Source of the DNA: Lama guanicoe
Taxonomy: Eukaryota
Assembly (NCBI GenBank): GCA_013239625.1
Contig: MU054212.1
Span: 9,100,898-9,164,897, forward strand
DNA: 64,000 nt
Direction: 5' to 3'
Numbering within the stretch: the first letter of the stretch is position 1; every line of letters starts with the position of its first letter. The notes under the pieces were generated by a model. The model was not told where the DNA came from. It did not search any database and saw only the letters and a list, made by a program, of their open reading frames with translations. A program made the translations under genes and the position numbers. Positions 50,851-63,660 of the stretch are shown here, one piece after another.

Positions 50851-53429
50851 GCCTGGATATCCCTCTCTGATTCAAACCACTTGTGTCTCTGACTTAAGCG
50901 TTGCTCAGAGACCCACATCCAGGGCTGAATCCAAGGACGAAAGGAAGAGGCTTACTAGTTACCTTGAAAGTTTGACTATAAGTTAATGAAGGCCATCTCA
51001 GACCATGAACTGGGCTCCTGCACCTTGCCCACGGAGCGCACAGGCAGAGGTCAGCCCCCAACACAGTGGATTTCAGGCCGGAGGTGACTGTAGGCCTTTG
51101 CGTGGGTGTGTTGCAGAGACAGACCCGGTGTGTGGTCAGGGGCTATGAGTCTGGAATGAAGAAACCAGACCGGAGCAGCTTTCTTTCTACCACAGCTAGC
51201 TGCCATCTGAAGCATGAGCATGAAGACCCTCGTGGCCAAGAGCAGATCAGTGGGACCTCCTGAGAACCCTAATGAAGGCTGCCGGTGGCTCAGAAGCCAG
51301 AGCTGGCTTTCCCAAGGCCAGTCATTGAGGCTTAGGGCTGAAGGTGGGGTGTTGGGGAGGAGAGTGAAGCTGGTCCTTCCATTCATCCTTGGAAGAGTCC
51401 TACTCCAACTCTGGGGGTTACTTTAGGACAATTAGGGGACTCTTTGTTCTCCTGTCCTAAATGTCAGGTCACCCAAGGGTACAACCCATGAAAGGGTACA
51501 GCCTTCTCATGACCTTGAGCTTCTCCTTTGGCTTTGTTGAGTTGGGAGCTCATAGTTTTCTTCCTTACACTGCATATTTCACAGAGGGCATGTTGTGGGG
51601 GTCGAGGGGTGAGCCCGGGGCTTGGTACCCCGCCTCCCAGACTCCACCTGCAGGCTGAATCAGAGGCTCTCTGCCATTCTCTCTCCCCCAAGACAAAACG
51701 CGGGCCATCTTTTCCCAACTTGTAAAAATTTAAAATCAAAACAGCTAGCAGATTGTTTTCTCAACTTCATGATTTTTGCCTATAAAATTTATTAAGCTTT
51801 TGGCAAGGACTGTCATCTGTCAGCTCCTGAGCATGAACTGCTGAGAATAAAAAAGGAATAATGGGAAAACTCGGACGTAGCTTATCATGGGTGGTTCAAT
51901 AGCATGTTTCTCTATGGCACGTGTGGTCTTGGCTGCGATTTTACAACGCATACATATAACATCACCCTAGGAAAATTGCTCCTGAAACCTATGATGGAAT
52001 TGAACACATAAATATGTCATGCTATTCTGCCGAGAGAAGCATGACTTTCAGGTGTGTTTCCACCTCGCAGGTTTAGAAGCAGCTCTCCAGGCCCCCTCTC
52101 AGCTGGACGGCAGAGTAGATGGAGGTGCCAGAGGGGACTGAGGGCCAACCGAGTGTGTCCATTTCTACACCAGTTTATAAATGAGCCATAAATTGTACTC
52201 CTTAAGATGGCTTTAGACTGCTTCTTCTGGGGGATAGGTGGAGAAAGGGCCTGTTAAAGTATAGACTTTCTTTTTTTAATAGAAAGGAATCTTTTTTGGA
52301 TGATGAAAACCCTCAGGTTTAAAGAATCAGCCAAGAAAGCCAACAAATGAGGTGCAAGTCCTCAAAAATTACTGCCACCTACAGCACATGAAGTTGTCCC
52401 AGAACAGATTCCTCTGGTTGCTTTATAAACACACATCCCACACGTGGGTTAACCAGAAGGGTTCATTCTGTGAGCGTGGACAGATAATTTGCTGTTTGGC
52501 CAAGAGTGGGCCAGTTAGGGAGCAGGGTTAGAAGCTGAGGGATCTAAGAGCATCATAGGGTCCAAGTGTATAACTTATACATCATGATAAGTATGTATGG
52601 ATTAGTGAAAATTAAAAGTGCCTCAGTTGATCCAGGCAGTTGGCACTTTGGCTCAGGGGCTAGAATGAAAAGGTGGACTTGAGTTAGTCTCTGGGCCACA
52701 GCTCAGTGTCACACCTATCTGCTCAGACTGCTGGGGCATCTTCTCTTTTGCCTGCATCTTCAAGTCGCTTTCCCTTTCTGGTGGATGGGACCAGGCACGA
52801 AGAGAGAAAGGGAGTGAGCGCTTATGGAAGCCCCTGGGAGGGCCTTGCTTTGTCATGTCATTTTGCCACCGTTAGAGACTTCCTTTCCTGGGGACCTTCC
52901 CTGTGGAAGTCAACAAGGAGCTAATTGAGAACTGTTGCTCCACCAGGGCAAGGTGCCCTTTCCCTCTGACTCTGTGGGTTTGCCTCTCAGAGAGAGGGTA
53001 GGGCAAGGGAGCAGACTGGGTCACTCACTTTGAAATTTGTCATCTGTCTTGAGTCCTGCTAATTTGGTTCAGCACTGCTTTTGAAGAAGTTCCATTTTTC
53101 ATTTGCGAGGTGATGAGACATGACATAATTTTTAAACATGTGTATCACACATGATTAAGAGGGAGAAAAGACCCAGCCATCCTTTCAAGCCACCCTGTAT
53201 CTTGACTTGTGCTCGAGGATACACTGATCTGTGAAGAATGCGCCAGGCGTGGTGGAAGTTAGAGGCCGACAGAGCTCGCGCTCTGTCTCCATTGTTCCTC
53301 AGAGCAGAAGGATACCCGCGAAGTGTGTTCATCAATTGTGATGAAAGGTGTGGAACGTGCTGCTAGGACCTGTGTTTGCTGGATATACTTTGTTACTATT
53401 ACTATTATTTTCAATCGTTGCTGCATTTC

Positions 53430-53772
53430 TTTTTTTTTTTATTTCAAAGGTTTTTTTTTTAATTGAAGCATAGTCAGTTTACAATGTTATGTCAGTTTCA
53501 GGTGTACAGCATAAGGTTTCAATCATACATATACACACATATATTCCTTCTCATATTCTTTTACATTTTCATTGTAGGTGACTACAAAATATTGAATAGA
53601 GTTCCCTGTGCTGTACAGTAGGAACTTGGTGTTTATCCATTTTATATATAGTAGTTAGTGTCTGCAAATCTCAGACTCCCAGTTTATCCCTTCCCCCCAC
53701 AACCACCCACCCCCCCGTAACCGTAAGTTTGTTTTCTATGTCTGTGAGTCCATTTCTGTTTTGTCAATAAGT
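53430..53772 (-). mobile_element. Camelid/artiodactyl L1 3'UTR, 5'-truncated
   Basis: Poly-T, then aattgaagcatagtcagtttacaatgttatgtcagtttcaggtgtacagcat...gttccctgtgctgtacagtagg...ccgtaagtttgttttctatgtctgtgagtc. Confidence 0.88.
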
Positions 53773-56755
53773 AGGACCTTGTGTTTGACTGTTAGACCAA
53801 CTCACGTACAAGGTGTTGTGCTAAATATCTTATTTTCTTTTAGGGTTAATACAGAGACCTAGAGGGGGAGTAAGAAGGGAAGAGGGTATTGAGCAACTTA
53901 TTCTGTGCTCATTTATTCTGGGTTAAGAGAGAGGCACAGTGGTTTGCGGGGAAGAAGGGACTGGCCTGGGAGCCTGTGTGGAAGGCCTGTGGGTCTGTGT
54001 GGGTGTCTCCCCGCCCACCCCCACCATCGCAGTTACGGCTGCTGCTGCTTGAGTGCCTGCCATGTTACAGACACTGTTCTAGGCGTTTTTCATATAAAAA
54101 TCATTTGCTTGACAAATATTTGCATGCCAACCACGTGCTCGCAAATATTAGAGAAAAACCAGGTTGTCACACAGCCTGTAGTCACTCTGGTGTTGGTGTT
54201 CGGAGGTGGGAGAAGGGGAGGGTGGGGCTGGAGAGAGACGGACCATGGTGATGAGGAAGGGGCGGCCCCTGGTGCGCTCCATCAGTGCTAGGGGAAAACG
54301 AGGAAGTGCTGTATCTCCGAGGCACCCTAGGGTGGATACAAGCCTTCCAGTCTATGTGTATCTCCCGAGCCTCTGTTCATTCCACTGCTTTGGGGTTCAG
54401 TTTGTTTCTCTGTTATGCAAAGGCAGAAGACTGCATGGTTTATGATTCTAATACAGGCCCACCCCTGCCCACCCGTACACACACACAAGCACAGTATGGG
54501 GCAAGCGAAGGTGGTGGTGGAGGTGCCCTGGACCACTTCATTCTGACAGGTGGCAGCTCTTGGGACAGTTACAACTGCTGGTGCTTAACGCAGGCCAGCT
54601 GGAGCCCTGCCGGGGCTATATGTGTTGAACCAGAATGTTTCCTCCCCTTTGTTCTTCCAAATAGCTCCCATTTTCCGGTCCCCAAACAAAAGCATGATCC
54701 TTCGCCTGTCAACTGTTAAATTATCAAAGGAGAATGAACATTCATCCCAATAGGGTATGAATATATGCACGTTTCCGGACTTGAAATCCTTAAATGGTAA
54801 TAAGGGAATCAGATATCACAGTGAAGAATACGTTCTTTAATTAAGTTAAGTCAGTGTTTGTGTGTTTTCATTATAATGGATAAAATTATGTGTGTTTCTG
54901 CAAATGTGAGGGAGAGAGAGAAAGAGAGAGAGTAGAGGTTACAGTCTGGCCACCTCCCTCTGTCCAGGATATCTGCCCTTGGCCTTTCCTACCTCAGGCC
55001 CCATTTGGCATCTTTGGCTCCAAAGTAAGCAACAAGGAAGCAGCTCTGGGCCCCTTGCACCACTGGGAATTCTTAGCATCAGTGCTTTCTCTCCTGCACA
55101 ATTTTCCCTTTAAGCATGAGAATGCGTGTTTTGCTCTGAGGTTGGGTGTGCGTATGGGTGACAGTGACAGAGTTGCCCTCGTTGTCAGCACAAGCAGAGG
55201 CACTTGGGATGCTTGAACCCCACCTGGACGGTGAGACCCACGACCTGCTGGCCACACTGGTTGTCTTGAGGGTGGAAACGGTAACTTGGCTGGGCTTTGA
55301 AGAACAGGTGTGGACTTCAAAATCGTTGGGTGGCAAATATCAGCAAGAAAGATAATCCAGCCACGAGCAGGCGAAGGATCGTGCTTTTGTGCTCAGAGTT
55401 AGTTACAAAGGATCAGAGACGCTCACTCCATAGGTCCATAGTTCGGACCAACTGGGCAACCAGGCCAAAGAAAAGGCTTTCTGCTCACTTGCTTAGAGAG
55501 CCAGCAGATCCCTGTGTGAAACTGCATCTGTGTCTTTCACATTGTATACCTGTTCCTTCTTTAATTCTCCCGTCTTTTCTGACTGTGAGCATCTGCCCCT
55601 CTGGCTCTTTTAAAACTGCCCCAGCTTCCCCCACCCCGTGCCCTCTCAGAGGTCCCCCTTCTCTAGGCAGCCGCTGCTTTATTGAGCATCTCCTGTGTGC
55701 CGGGCACTGCCAGGAGCACAGGGATATTGGGGACATTGTGTTCTCAAGGCCAGGAAGTCAGCTCCGACATGACCCATCCAAGAACCAGCACTTGACACCC
55801 ACGGGTTTTAACGTATTTCAGAATTTACTTTTATCCGTGAAAATAAGCACCATCTGAGATCTCTATGGAGAAAGCAGGACAGAGCCTTGGGGTCCACACC
55901 ACCGCGCAAGGGCAGCACTTCACTTCAAATGGTTGTCTCCAGCATAGGAAGTCTTACTGGGGTGTTACGTCCCCTTTGTGGCCTTGGTCTTGGCTGGGCG
56001 GTCCTGAACGTGGAGGGTTTTCCTGCCCTCCCCTGAGTCCCAACCTTCATGAGCCTCGTCCTCCGAGCCCTGCTGAAGAGCCACCTCCTGCACCAAACCC
56101 TCTGTGACCTTCACACTGCAGAAGACAGACCTCACTCACTCCGTGCTGACGTGTATTCTTATGCTTGTGTCTAACTGCTCCGTTCCGTTATAAACCTCTT
56201 GAGGGCAGCCTCCCATAGACCCAGCTCCTGGTACCTGGTTAAGGCTTAAACAATACTTGTGCCTTGATTGAGTAAAGACAATATACTTCTGCTCTTGAAA
56301 TGTTTGCTAGACAGATGTTTCACGGTTATTGTTTGGAGTCCATTGCTAGAGTGATTCCAAAGACCTGCATCCTCTTTGCTTGCAGGAGACGGACCCATGG
56401 AGAGTAATGATAAAGGATTTCCACCCTCAGAGAGTGAAATGCATTTCCTAAAAAGCTGCATGTGAATGGAGTTTTTAAAAATCACATATTTAGTATAAAG
56501 GGGACTTTCCAAGCAAATTGCTAGGCATTCTGACAGGCAGAGTAAACATTTTCAGGTGGACAAGGATGATGTGCTATATTGTGACCTAATTAAAAGCATG
56601 TTCAAGTCCACCCTAAGAATAAGTGTCATGCTTTGGAATTTGGAATTTGAAAGACACAGCCGTCATTGGGTGATTAAGTCTTTGGATAAACAGTGATGTG
56701 AGTTGGATAAAGAGTGTTGAATTGCTGTTTCTAATGATTTTTGTTTTACTCATAG

Positions 56756-56850
56756 GAGTCAAGCCCTGGTCAAACATCATGGAAATCCTGGAGGAAAAGG
56801 ATGGGGTCGACACGGAGTTGTTGGTTTATGCAATGACGTTAGTGAATAAG
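56756..56850 (+). CDS. FHOD3: FHOD3 internal coding exon (95 nt; ~exon 8): (G)[31 protein letters not shown]
   Basis: Acceptor ttttactcatag and donor AAG|gttggt. Lies within ORF 56698..56910. Completes the Gly codon begun by the previous exon. Confidence 0.96.
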
Positions 56851-56863
56851 GTTGGTTGGCGTT

Positions 56864-57352
56864 TGTTGTGGGTTGAATTGTATCCCCACCCTGCCCCCCA
56901 AAGATGTTAAAGTCATAACCCCTGGTACCAGGGAATGTGATCTGATTTGGAAATGGGATCTTTGCAGATATAATCAAGTTAAAATGAGGTTGTTGGGGAA
57001 GGAGTACTGATCTCAAAGGGCTGGTGTCCTTACAAGAAGAGGGAAAGAGAGAACGTAGAGGGAAGACAGTGTATACACACGTCCCAGAGGAGGACAGCCG
57101 TGTGAGTCAGGGACAGAGACTGGAGTGATGCGTCTCTAAGACAGGGAACCCCCCAAAATGCTAAGGACTGTCAGCAGCCAGTCGGGTAAGGCAAGGATGG
57201 GTCCTCCCGCAGAGCATTCGGAGACAGCATGGCTATGCCGACACCTTGACATCACACTTCTAGTCCCTCAAACTGTGAGGGAATAAATTTCTGTTGTTTT
57301 AAGCCACCCAGTTTGTGGTACCTTGTTGCAACAGCCCGAGGGAAACAGTATA
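56864..57352 (+). mobile_element. MaLR solo LTR (MLT1B/C-like)
   Basis: tgttgtgggttgaattgt...gaatgtgatctgatttggaaatgggatctttgcagatataatcaagtt...aactgtgagggaataaatttctgttgttttaagccacccagtttgtggta. Confidence 0.9.
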
Positions 57353-57711
57353 TGTGGAAAGCTAAAATTTGCCCTCTGAATCAGAGCCACATCACGTGGA
57401 CCCCATTGTGGTGGCTGGAACCTGCTTCAGCGTGCTTTTTTTGCAAGACTAAACTCTACACCCACGCGTGGTGTGTGTACGTGTGTGTGCATGTGTGCCG
57501 GTCACTTACATGTGAAGGCCTGCGTATCTGCAAGCTTTCTCTACTTTGGTCTTCCTGCTAAAACCAGAAAGAGGACAGTGAGAATTTTCCTATCAAGATG
57601 TCCCCTTAAAAAAACATTTTTCCGTAAGAATACAGGGGAGCAAGTTTTACTCGAAAGAAATGGTTCACAGTTGGGCAGAAAGCAAAGCAGTCTTATTCCG
57701 CGGCTTACGGA

Positions 57712-57999
57712 ATTCTGGAGATCAAGCCTTTGTCGGCTTCACTTGCAAAAATTTTCTCCCATTCCGTAGGTTGTCTTTTTGTTTTACTTATGGTTTCCTT
57801 TGCTGTGCAGAAGCTTGTAATTTTCATTAGGTCCCATTTGTTTATTCTTGCTTTTATTTCCTATCGCCTGAGTAGACTGTTCTAGGAGAACATTTTTGAG
57901 ATGTATGTCAGATAATGCTTTGCCTATATTTTCTTCTAGGAGGTTTATTGTATCCTGTCTTATGTTTAAGTCTTTGATCCATTTTGAGTTTATTTTTTG
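57712..57999 (-). mobile_element. Internal L1 ORF2 fragment with no 3'UTR or polyA
   Basis: Minus-strand translation KINSKWIKDLNIRQDTINLLEENIGKALSDI is well-preserved L1 ORF2. Confidence 0.88.
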
Positions 58000-58479
58000 A
58001 CTGCTGGTGGCAAGGTGAGGATTCCTGAGGGTGGGTCCCTTCCTCCATCTGTGATGGTGACCTCCGCTTGTGCTCCCATTCCTCCTGTCACATCCCGCCC
58101 TGGTCACTAGCTTGTGGGGCAGCCGCTGTGTTCAGAGTCTGTCCTGAGAGATGCTGCCCTGACCGTGGGTCCCCCGCTGACCTGGGACAGCCCACTCTCA
58201 GGACTGGCGTCCCTTCATCCGAGTGCCTGGGTCCCTTCCTCATTCATAATCGAGGGAGGGTGGGTGGCTGTCTCTTCCCTCAGCCCCAGGCATCGCATCA
58301 ACTCCCCCCAGGGCCTCCGTCTGGTCTCCAAGCTGCTGGGTGCAGGCCTACAGGATCTGCTGCAGTGATGGTTAGTTCTTCAAAGAAGACCCCACATTTC
58401 TTCCTGAAATATAACTGGAGATATATTCCCCTGTTGAACTGGGGGCACATTCATAGAAAGCAGCATAAGAATGAGAAGT

Positions 58480-59070
58480 AATTCTACTAGGTAGTAAAAT
58501 GTTGTACAAACTCTAAGGATTAAAACAATGTGGCCCTTATAGGTTATTACCAGATAGTAAATCAACAATGCTTCAATTAGAAAAAAAAAGCAGTATGGAT
58601 CTGACTCTTTCCTTGGCAGATGGTTGCAGCAGAGAGGCTCTGAAATAGACCTCTGAAATAGACATAGGGGTGGTTAGCTTCATTCACGACTGGGAGAGAT
58701 TTTGCTAAATGGAAATAAACAAAAACATGCTTTGACCATATGCCAAAGTACATTTCAGATAAAGAGTTCAATGTAACATATGAAACTGTAGAAAAATGAG
58801 AAGAAACTAGAGATGAAGATGAATTGATCTCTGGTCAGTGAAGGGTATTTTAATAATAAAACCAGTGAAAAAGATTCTGAAGCAAAGGACTTAAATATTT
58901 CACCATGTAAAACTATAAAATAAGGTCTTATTTGTAAAATGGAAACCACGAGTGAAAACTAAAGGCAAGTGACAAACTGGGAAATTGTTTGCAAAAAAAC
59001 TGGGCAGAAGGTGATACTATTTTAACAATATTAAGAACCCAGCCAAAAATGACCCAGTCAAAAAATGAAT
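58480..59070 (+). mobile_element. Ancient L1 ORF2 fragment
   Basis: accatatgccaaagtacatttcagataaa...aaaactaaaggcaagtgacaaactgggaaattgtttgcaa. Confidence 0.55.
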
Positions 59071-60384
59071 GACGTTAACCCTCCTAAGATGAAAAGAAAT
59101 ATACAGTAAAACAACGGGCCATTTCCTCTGGGTCACGTTGGCATTGATTGCTTTTTAATGAAATGCTATTTGTTGGAAAAGTCACAGGAAATTTCCTGCA
59201 GTCCTGTTGGGGAACGGGCACCACTTTTCTGTAGGATAATCCTAAGAATTCTGGTTTCATTTTCAAATCTGCTTGTGAGTTGACTCCACCAGGCAATTTT
59301 AAAGCTATTTTCTGTTGGTTTTTTTAAGATGAAGGTCATCAATTTCGTGTCATTTTCAGTCACTGGCATTGTTTTGGAAAACACTGAACTCAGCAAAAAT
59401 GGGATTCTCACTCTTGCGCAGTGTTTTCATCGTAATGCTATCTGTCTTGGTGGTAGAGGCCGTGCCGGGCTGTTCTGACGACCCCAGCAGCGTCCACACG
59501 GCCTGGGCATTCTGCTGCCAGTCACTGGCGAGGACCCAGTGCGTGTCACGCTCTCCTTGGCACCACATGGCACCCAACGTCCAGGAATTCCTCGCTCACT
59601 CTTTCTTATCTAGCAGTTCTGTTTCATCTTTTGTGAGTTCTGGCCCAGGGGAAGTCCAGGGAGGTCCCGAGGACATTACTCCAAATGTCATCCTTTCGTC
59701 ATAAAGGGCAGCAGGCCACTGGCACCCAAACTGGGTTTTCTTTTGTTGAATTTCAGTCATGTTTAGTCACTGAGTAAAATCTTCTGAGATCCCAAGCAAC
59801 GTGATACACTGAAATGCTAACGGGAGTCTGGAAAAAAATTTCAGCCTCTGAAATCCGGACAATTACATTGCTTTTCTAACTTATGTCTCAACAGAATAGA
59901 AGATAGGCTAGTGACATGGAATTTTAAAAAATAATGTTTTTGTGACAAAACGAGGGTACTGAATTCTAGCCCTGCTCATGGTTCTGAGACTGAAGTCTGC
60001 TCTCTTTGTTAAACAGGGACCTTAATGAGGGGTTTCCAAGACCCACATTTATCCCCCCAACTCTCCTGCTCCTGCAGCCCATGTTCAATTGTCAGAAGAT
60101 GCCAGGGAGCATCAGAAACTCACCATGTCCCACCTGTCTTCATCCAGCTGGAAACTCCTTAGTGGGCATGCCCCACTTTGGGGGCCTCACATACTGACCA
60201 CCTTGTAGAATCAGATGAGGCAGGTCGGGGAGGGGGCAAGTGATAAGTAACTACGGGGCTGGCTTGGAGCATTTGGGGAAGGACCACCCCCCACCCCAGG
60301 AGCTCTGGGGAGGGGAGCTACTCCAGCAGAGTCAGGGGGGTGAGTAACCCGGATGGGATTCCCACTGAGTATTTGCTTTCAGAT

Positions 60385-61085
60385 TTTCATTTTATTGCTT
60401 TGTTTAATCACTGTACAGTAAAATTGACTTTTTTCTTTTGATGTTTAGCTGTGTAAGTTTTAACACATATATGGTTATGGGTAGCCTTCACAATTAGGAT
60501 ATAGAACAGCTCCATCTCCCCCCAAATCTCCTCATGTTATCCTTTCTTTTTTTTCTAACTGAAGTACTGTCAGATACAATGTGTCAATTTCTGGTGTGCA
60601 GCACAATGTCCCAGCCATGCATATACATACATTCGTTTTCATTTTTTTCTCATTAAAGGTTATTGTAAGCTATTGAGCATAGTTCCCTGTGCTGTACAGC
60701 AGAAACTTTTAAAATCTATTTTTGTTATAGTGGCTAACATTTGTAAATCTCAAACTCCCAAATTTATCCCTTCCCACCCTTTTCCCTGGTACGCTATCCT
60801 TTTATAGTGACAACCTGAGCCCCTATTCATACCCCTGACAACCATCGCTGTAGTTTTGTCATTTCAAAAATGGGAACCATCCACGAAGTAACCCTTTCAG
60901 GCCGGCTTCCCTCACTCAGCACCGTGCCTTTGCGAACATCTCTGTTACTCCGTGTATTAATAGTTCGCTCCTTTCTGCCGCTGTGTAGTGTTCCAGTGTC
61001 TAAATGCACCCATTGGAGGAGCTTTGGGTGTTCGCTGCTTTTGGCTTTCACAACTAGTGCTGCTGTGAACATTTGTGTGCAGGCT
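60385..61085 (-). mobile_element. L1MC-like 3' end with a nested young L1 3'UTR (60546-60790)
   Basis: tacagtaaaattgactttttt...gtaagttttaacacat...ggatatagaacagctccatc. The insert ctgaagtactgtcagatacaatgtgtcaatttctggtgtgcagcac is flanked by atgttatccttt / acgctatccttt. Confidence 0.8.
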
Positions 61086-61902
61086 CCCACCATGCTGGTT
61101 TTATCCTACAGGAAAGATTCGATGAAATCAGTGAAAACCCGGGGAGAGGAAAATAAAATGTCCTTTAGGACAGAGATTTCTCCCCCTGAGAGAGGCTGTC
61201 AAGATGTACTTGTCACAAGGCCTGGCTAGACCACGCCTGAGAGAGACCAAGGAGGAGGTCCTGAGTGTCTTCTGAGAGTAAGGACATCCAGAGACATTTG
61301 CCTCTCAGACTTTCCTGGAGTGGATGCCTCCTTTGGCAGAAGTAGCAGTGAGGGTCGGGGCTGAAACAGGAGGGCAGGGCCCAGGAGGGGTGGCAGTGTT
61401 AGCTGAACATGTTGGAGAATTAGCTGAAAATAGGTGAGTGTGTGTCTCTGGGCTGCAGACCCCCCTCCTCGTGTGTATTTGCTTTGGTGGCAGACCAGCA
61501 TCCCTGCCGCCACGTGGGAGAGGGGGTGGGACGCGGGTGTGGCTCAGGCCTGTATTTTCACCCTGAAAATGACCATTCCTCCCCTCCTCCGCCTTCATCG
61601 CCCTCATTTATAAGATAAGAGGCTCAGAGGAAGTCACCTCAAGGGTCCTTCCAGTTCTAAGCAGAAGCCTGGCTTGAGACACCATCCCTCTTTTAAGAGA
61701 AGCCAAATTCAAAGAGAAGTTGGCTTTTTCTTTCTGGGGTTATCTTTTGGTCTCTTGGTTGCTGCTTTGAAACTTCTCATGTTTTCCTAAATGTTCTAAA
61801 CTGAGGGCAAGGCCGACTAAATTGAAGGAAAAGGGAATCATTCAGTTGTCATAACTCCAGCTGTTGGTGGATTGATCTTAAGAGGAGTTTCTGATTGCTG
61901 AG

Positions 61903-62460
61903 TATGTTAGTTTTTGACTGCTGTGCAGCAAATACCACACACTGAGCAGTTTGAAACATCTCAGACTTAGCATCGCAGAGTTTCCATGGGGCAGGGTCCT
62001 GGCACCGCCTTGCTGGGTCCTCTGCTCAGTGTCTCTGAGAGCAAGGCTGCAAAGTGTCGAGCAGGGCTGGTGTCCCGTCTAAAGCTTAGGATTCCCTTCC
62101 AAGCTTCTGTGGTTGGCAGAACTCACTCTCTTGCAGCTGTAGAACTCATGGTGGCGTGCTGCTCCTTCAGGGCTGGTAGGATCCTCTCTCTCCTAGTCTC
62201 TGAGCTCAGAAAAGTCGTAAACCGAAATCCACTGTTAAATGGCTCACCTGATTAGGTCAGGCCCACCCACAAAGCTCCCCGTTTGACAACTCAGAATCAA
62301 CTGATTTGGGCCCTTAATAACATCTGCAGATTCCTTTCAGTTTTGCCATATAACATCACCTAATCGTGGGCCTGTCCTGCCTACACTCGATGGGAGGGGA
62401 CCGTGCAGCACCTGAATCACAGGGGGTGGGATCTTGGGGTGCATCCTGCTCCTGCTCAAC
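61903..62460 (-). mobile_element. MaLR solo LTR (MLT1D/E-like)
   Basis: ctgctgtgcagcaaataccacac...gctgggtcctctgctcag...gttggcagaactcactctcttgcagctgtagaact...ggctcacctgattaggtcaggcccaccca. Confidence 0.82.
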
Positions 62461-62615
62461 ACTCTAAAGTAGTCCTTTCTCAAGTGAACTTGTCATCTGT
62501 CTTGTTTCATCGCATGTTGTTATAATCGTGGCCACTGGCTACCATGCAAACAATGCCTTGAGAGCCTTGGGACAACCCCTAAGACATGTCTGTGTCCTGT
62601 TCTTTCTTCATCCAG

Positions 62616-62759
62616 ACCTTGTCAGGATTGCCAGACCAAGACACCTTCTACGACGTGGTGGACTGCCTGGAGGAGCTGGGCATCGCGGCTGTGTCCCAGC
62701 GGCACTTGAGCAAGAAAGGGACTGACCTGGACTTGGTGGAGCAGTTGAACATTTATGAG
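62616..62759 (+). CDS. FHOD3: FHOD3 internal coding exon (144 nt; ~exon 9): TLSGLPDQDTFYDVVDCLEELGIAAVSQRHLSKKGTDLDLVEQLNIYE
   Basis: Acceptor tctttcttcatccag and donor GAG|gtaaca. Lies within ORF 62586..62822. Symmetric phase 0-0 exon. Confidence 0.97.
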
Positions 62760-62836
62760 GTAACAGGATCTGCCTTTTGTAAGGTGTCCTACAGCTTGGA
62801 CCAACGTCAGAGGCAGAGGTGAACATACTCTAGATC

Positions 62837-62975
62837 AGTGGTTCTGCATGTGGGGTGGCAGCATTCACAAAACCTGGGAACTTCCAAAAAATGCAAGTTC
62901 TCAGGCTCCACCCCAGACCTGCGGAACTAGCAACTCCAAGGGCGGGCCCAGCAGTCTGTGTCACACGTGCCTTCT
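62837..62975. mobile_element. MER5A-like hAT-Charlie fragment
   Basis: tagatcagtggttct...acctgggaactt...aatgcaagttctcaggctccaccccagacct...gggcccagcagtctgtgt. Confidence 0.75.
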
Positions 62976-63149
62976 GAGGGGGGAGGGAGGGAGCTGCAGA
63001 GATGGTGTTCTTTATCCTTCATGGGGGCAGAACCTCAGGCAGCGCTCTGTATAATTTGTAGGATCCAGTCCAAAATGAAAATGCAGAGAAAAAGTGCTCT
63101 TAAAGACACTAAACAACTTTTCACGTTCTTCTGCCTTCTCTCTCGCCTC

Positions 63150-63660
63150 CTCCTGGTGTTTTTTTATTTGTGAAAAATGTGTACTCATTGAAGAAGATTT
63201 GGAAAATACCAGAAAGTGTAAGAGAAAGAAACCATCCATGACTTTCTTACTAACCATGGTTAACATTCTGGTCTATTTTTCTAGGTTTTTTTGTATATGC
63301 AGGTGTATGTTCTAAACTCTGGGGATAATAGTCTATACACAGCGTTGCAAACTGAATCTTTACTAGAAATGTATTGGAACCATGTTCTTTTGTCACTGAA
63401 TCTTCTTCAAGAATGTCATTGTATTAGAAACATAATACCCTGTCTGTATGAAAGTACTATAACATACATGACCAGTGCCTGTTTGTTTGGATTTAGATTA
63501 CTTCCGAGTTTTTGCAGTTATAAATGCTGTTATGACGAACAGCTTTATTCATAAATGTTTGTGCACAGTGGGAGTCCGAGGAAGGATATTTCTCAGCTGA
63601 ATGGCTCCATTGTGATCTTCACTGGGTAGAAATGGAGAGACTGTTTCCTAAAAGTTGCTG
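63150..63660 (-). mobile_element. Ancient L1 (L1ME-like) 3' fragment
   Basis: taaccatggttaacattctggtctattt...tttggatttagattacttccgagtttttgcagttataaatgctgttatgacgaac. Confidence 0.55.
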
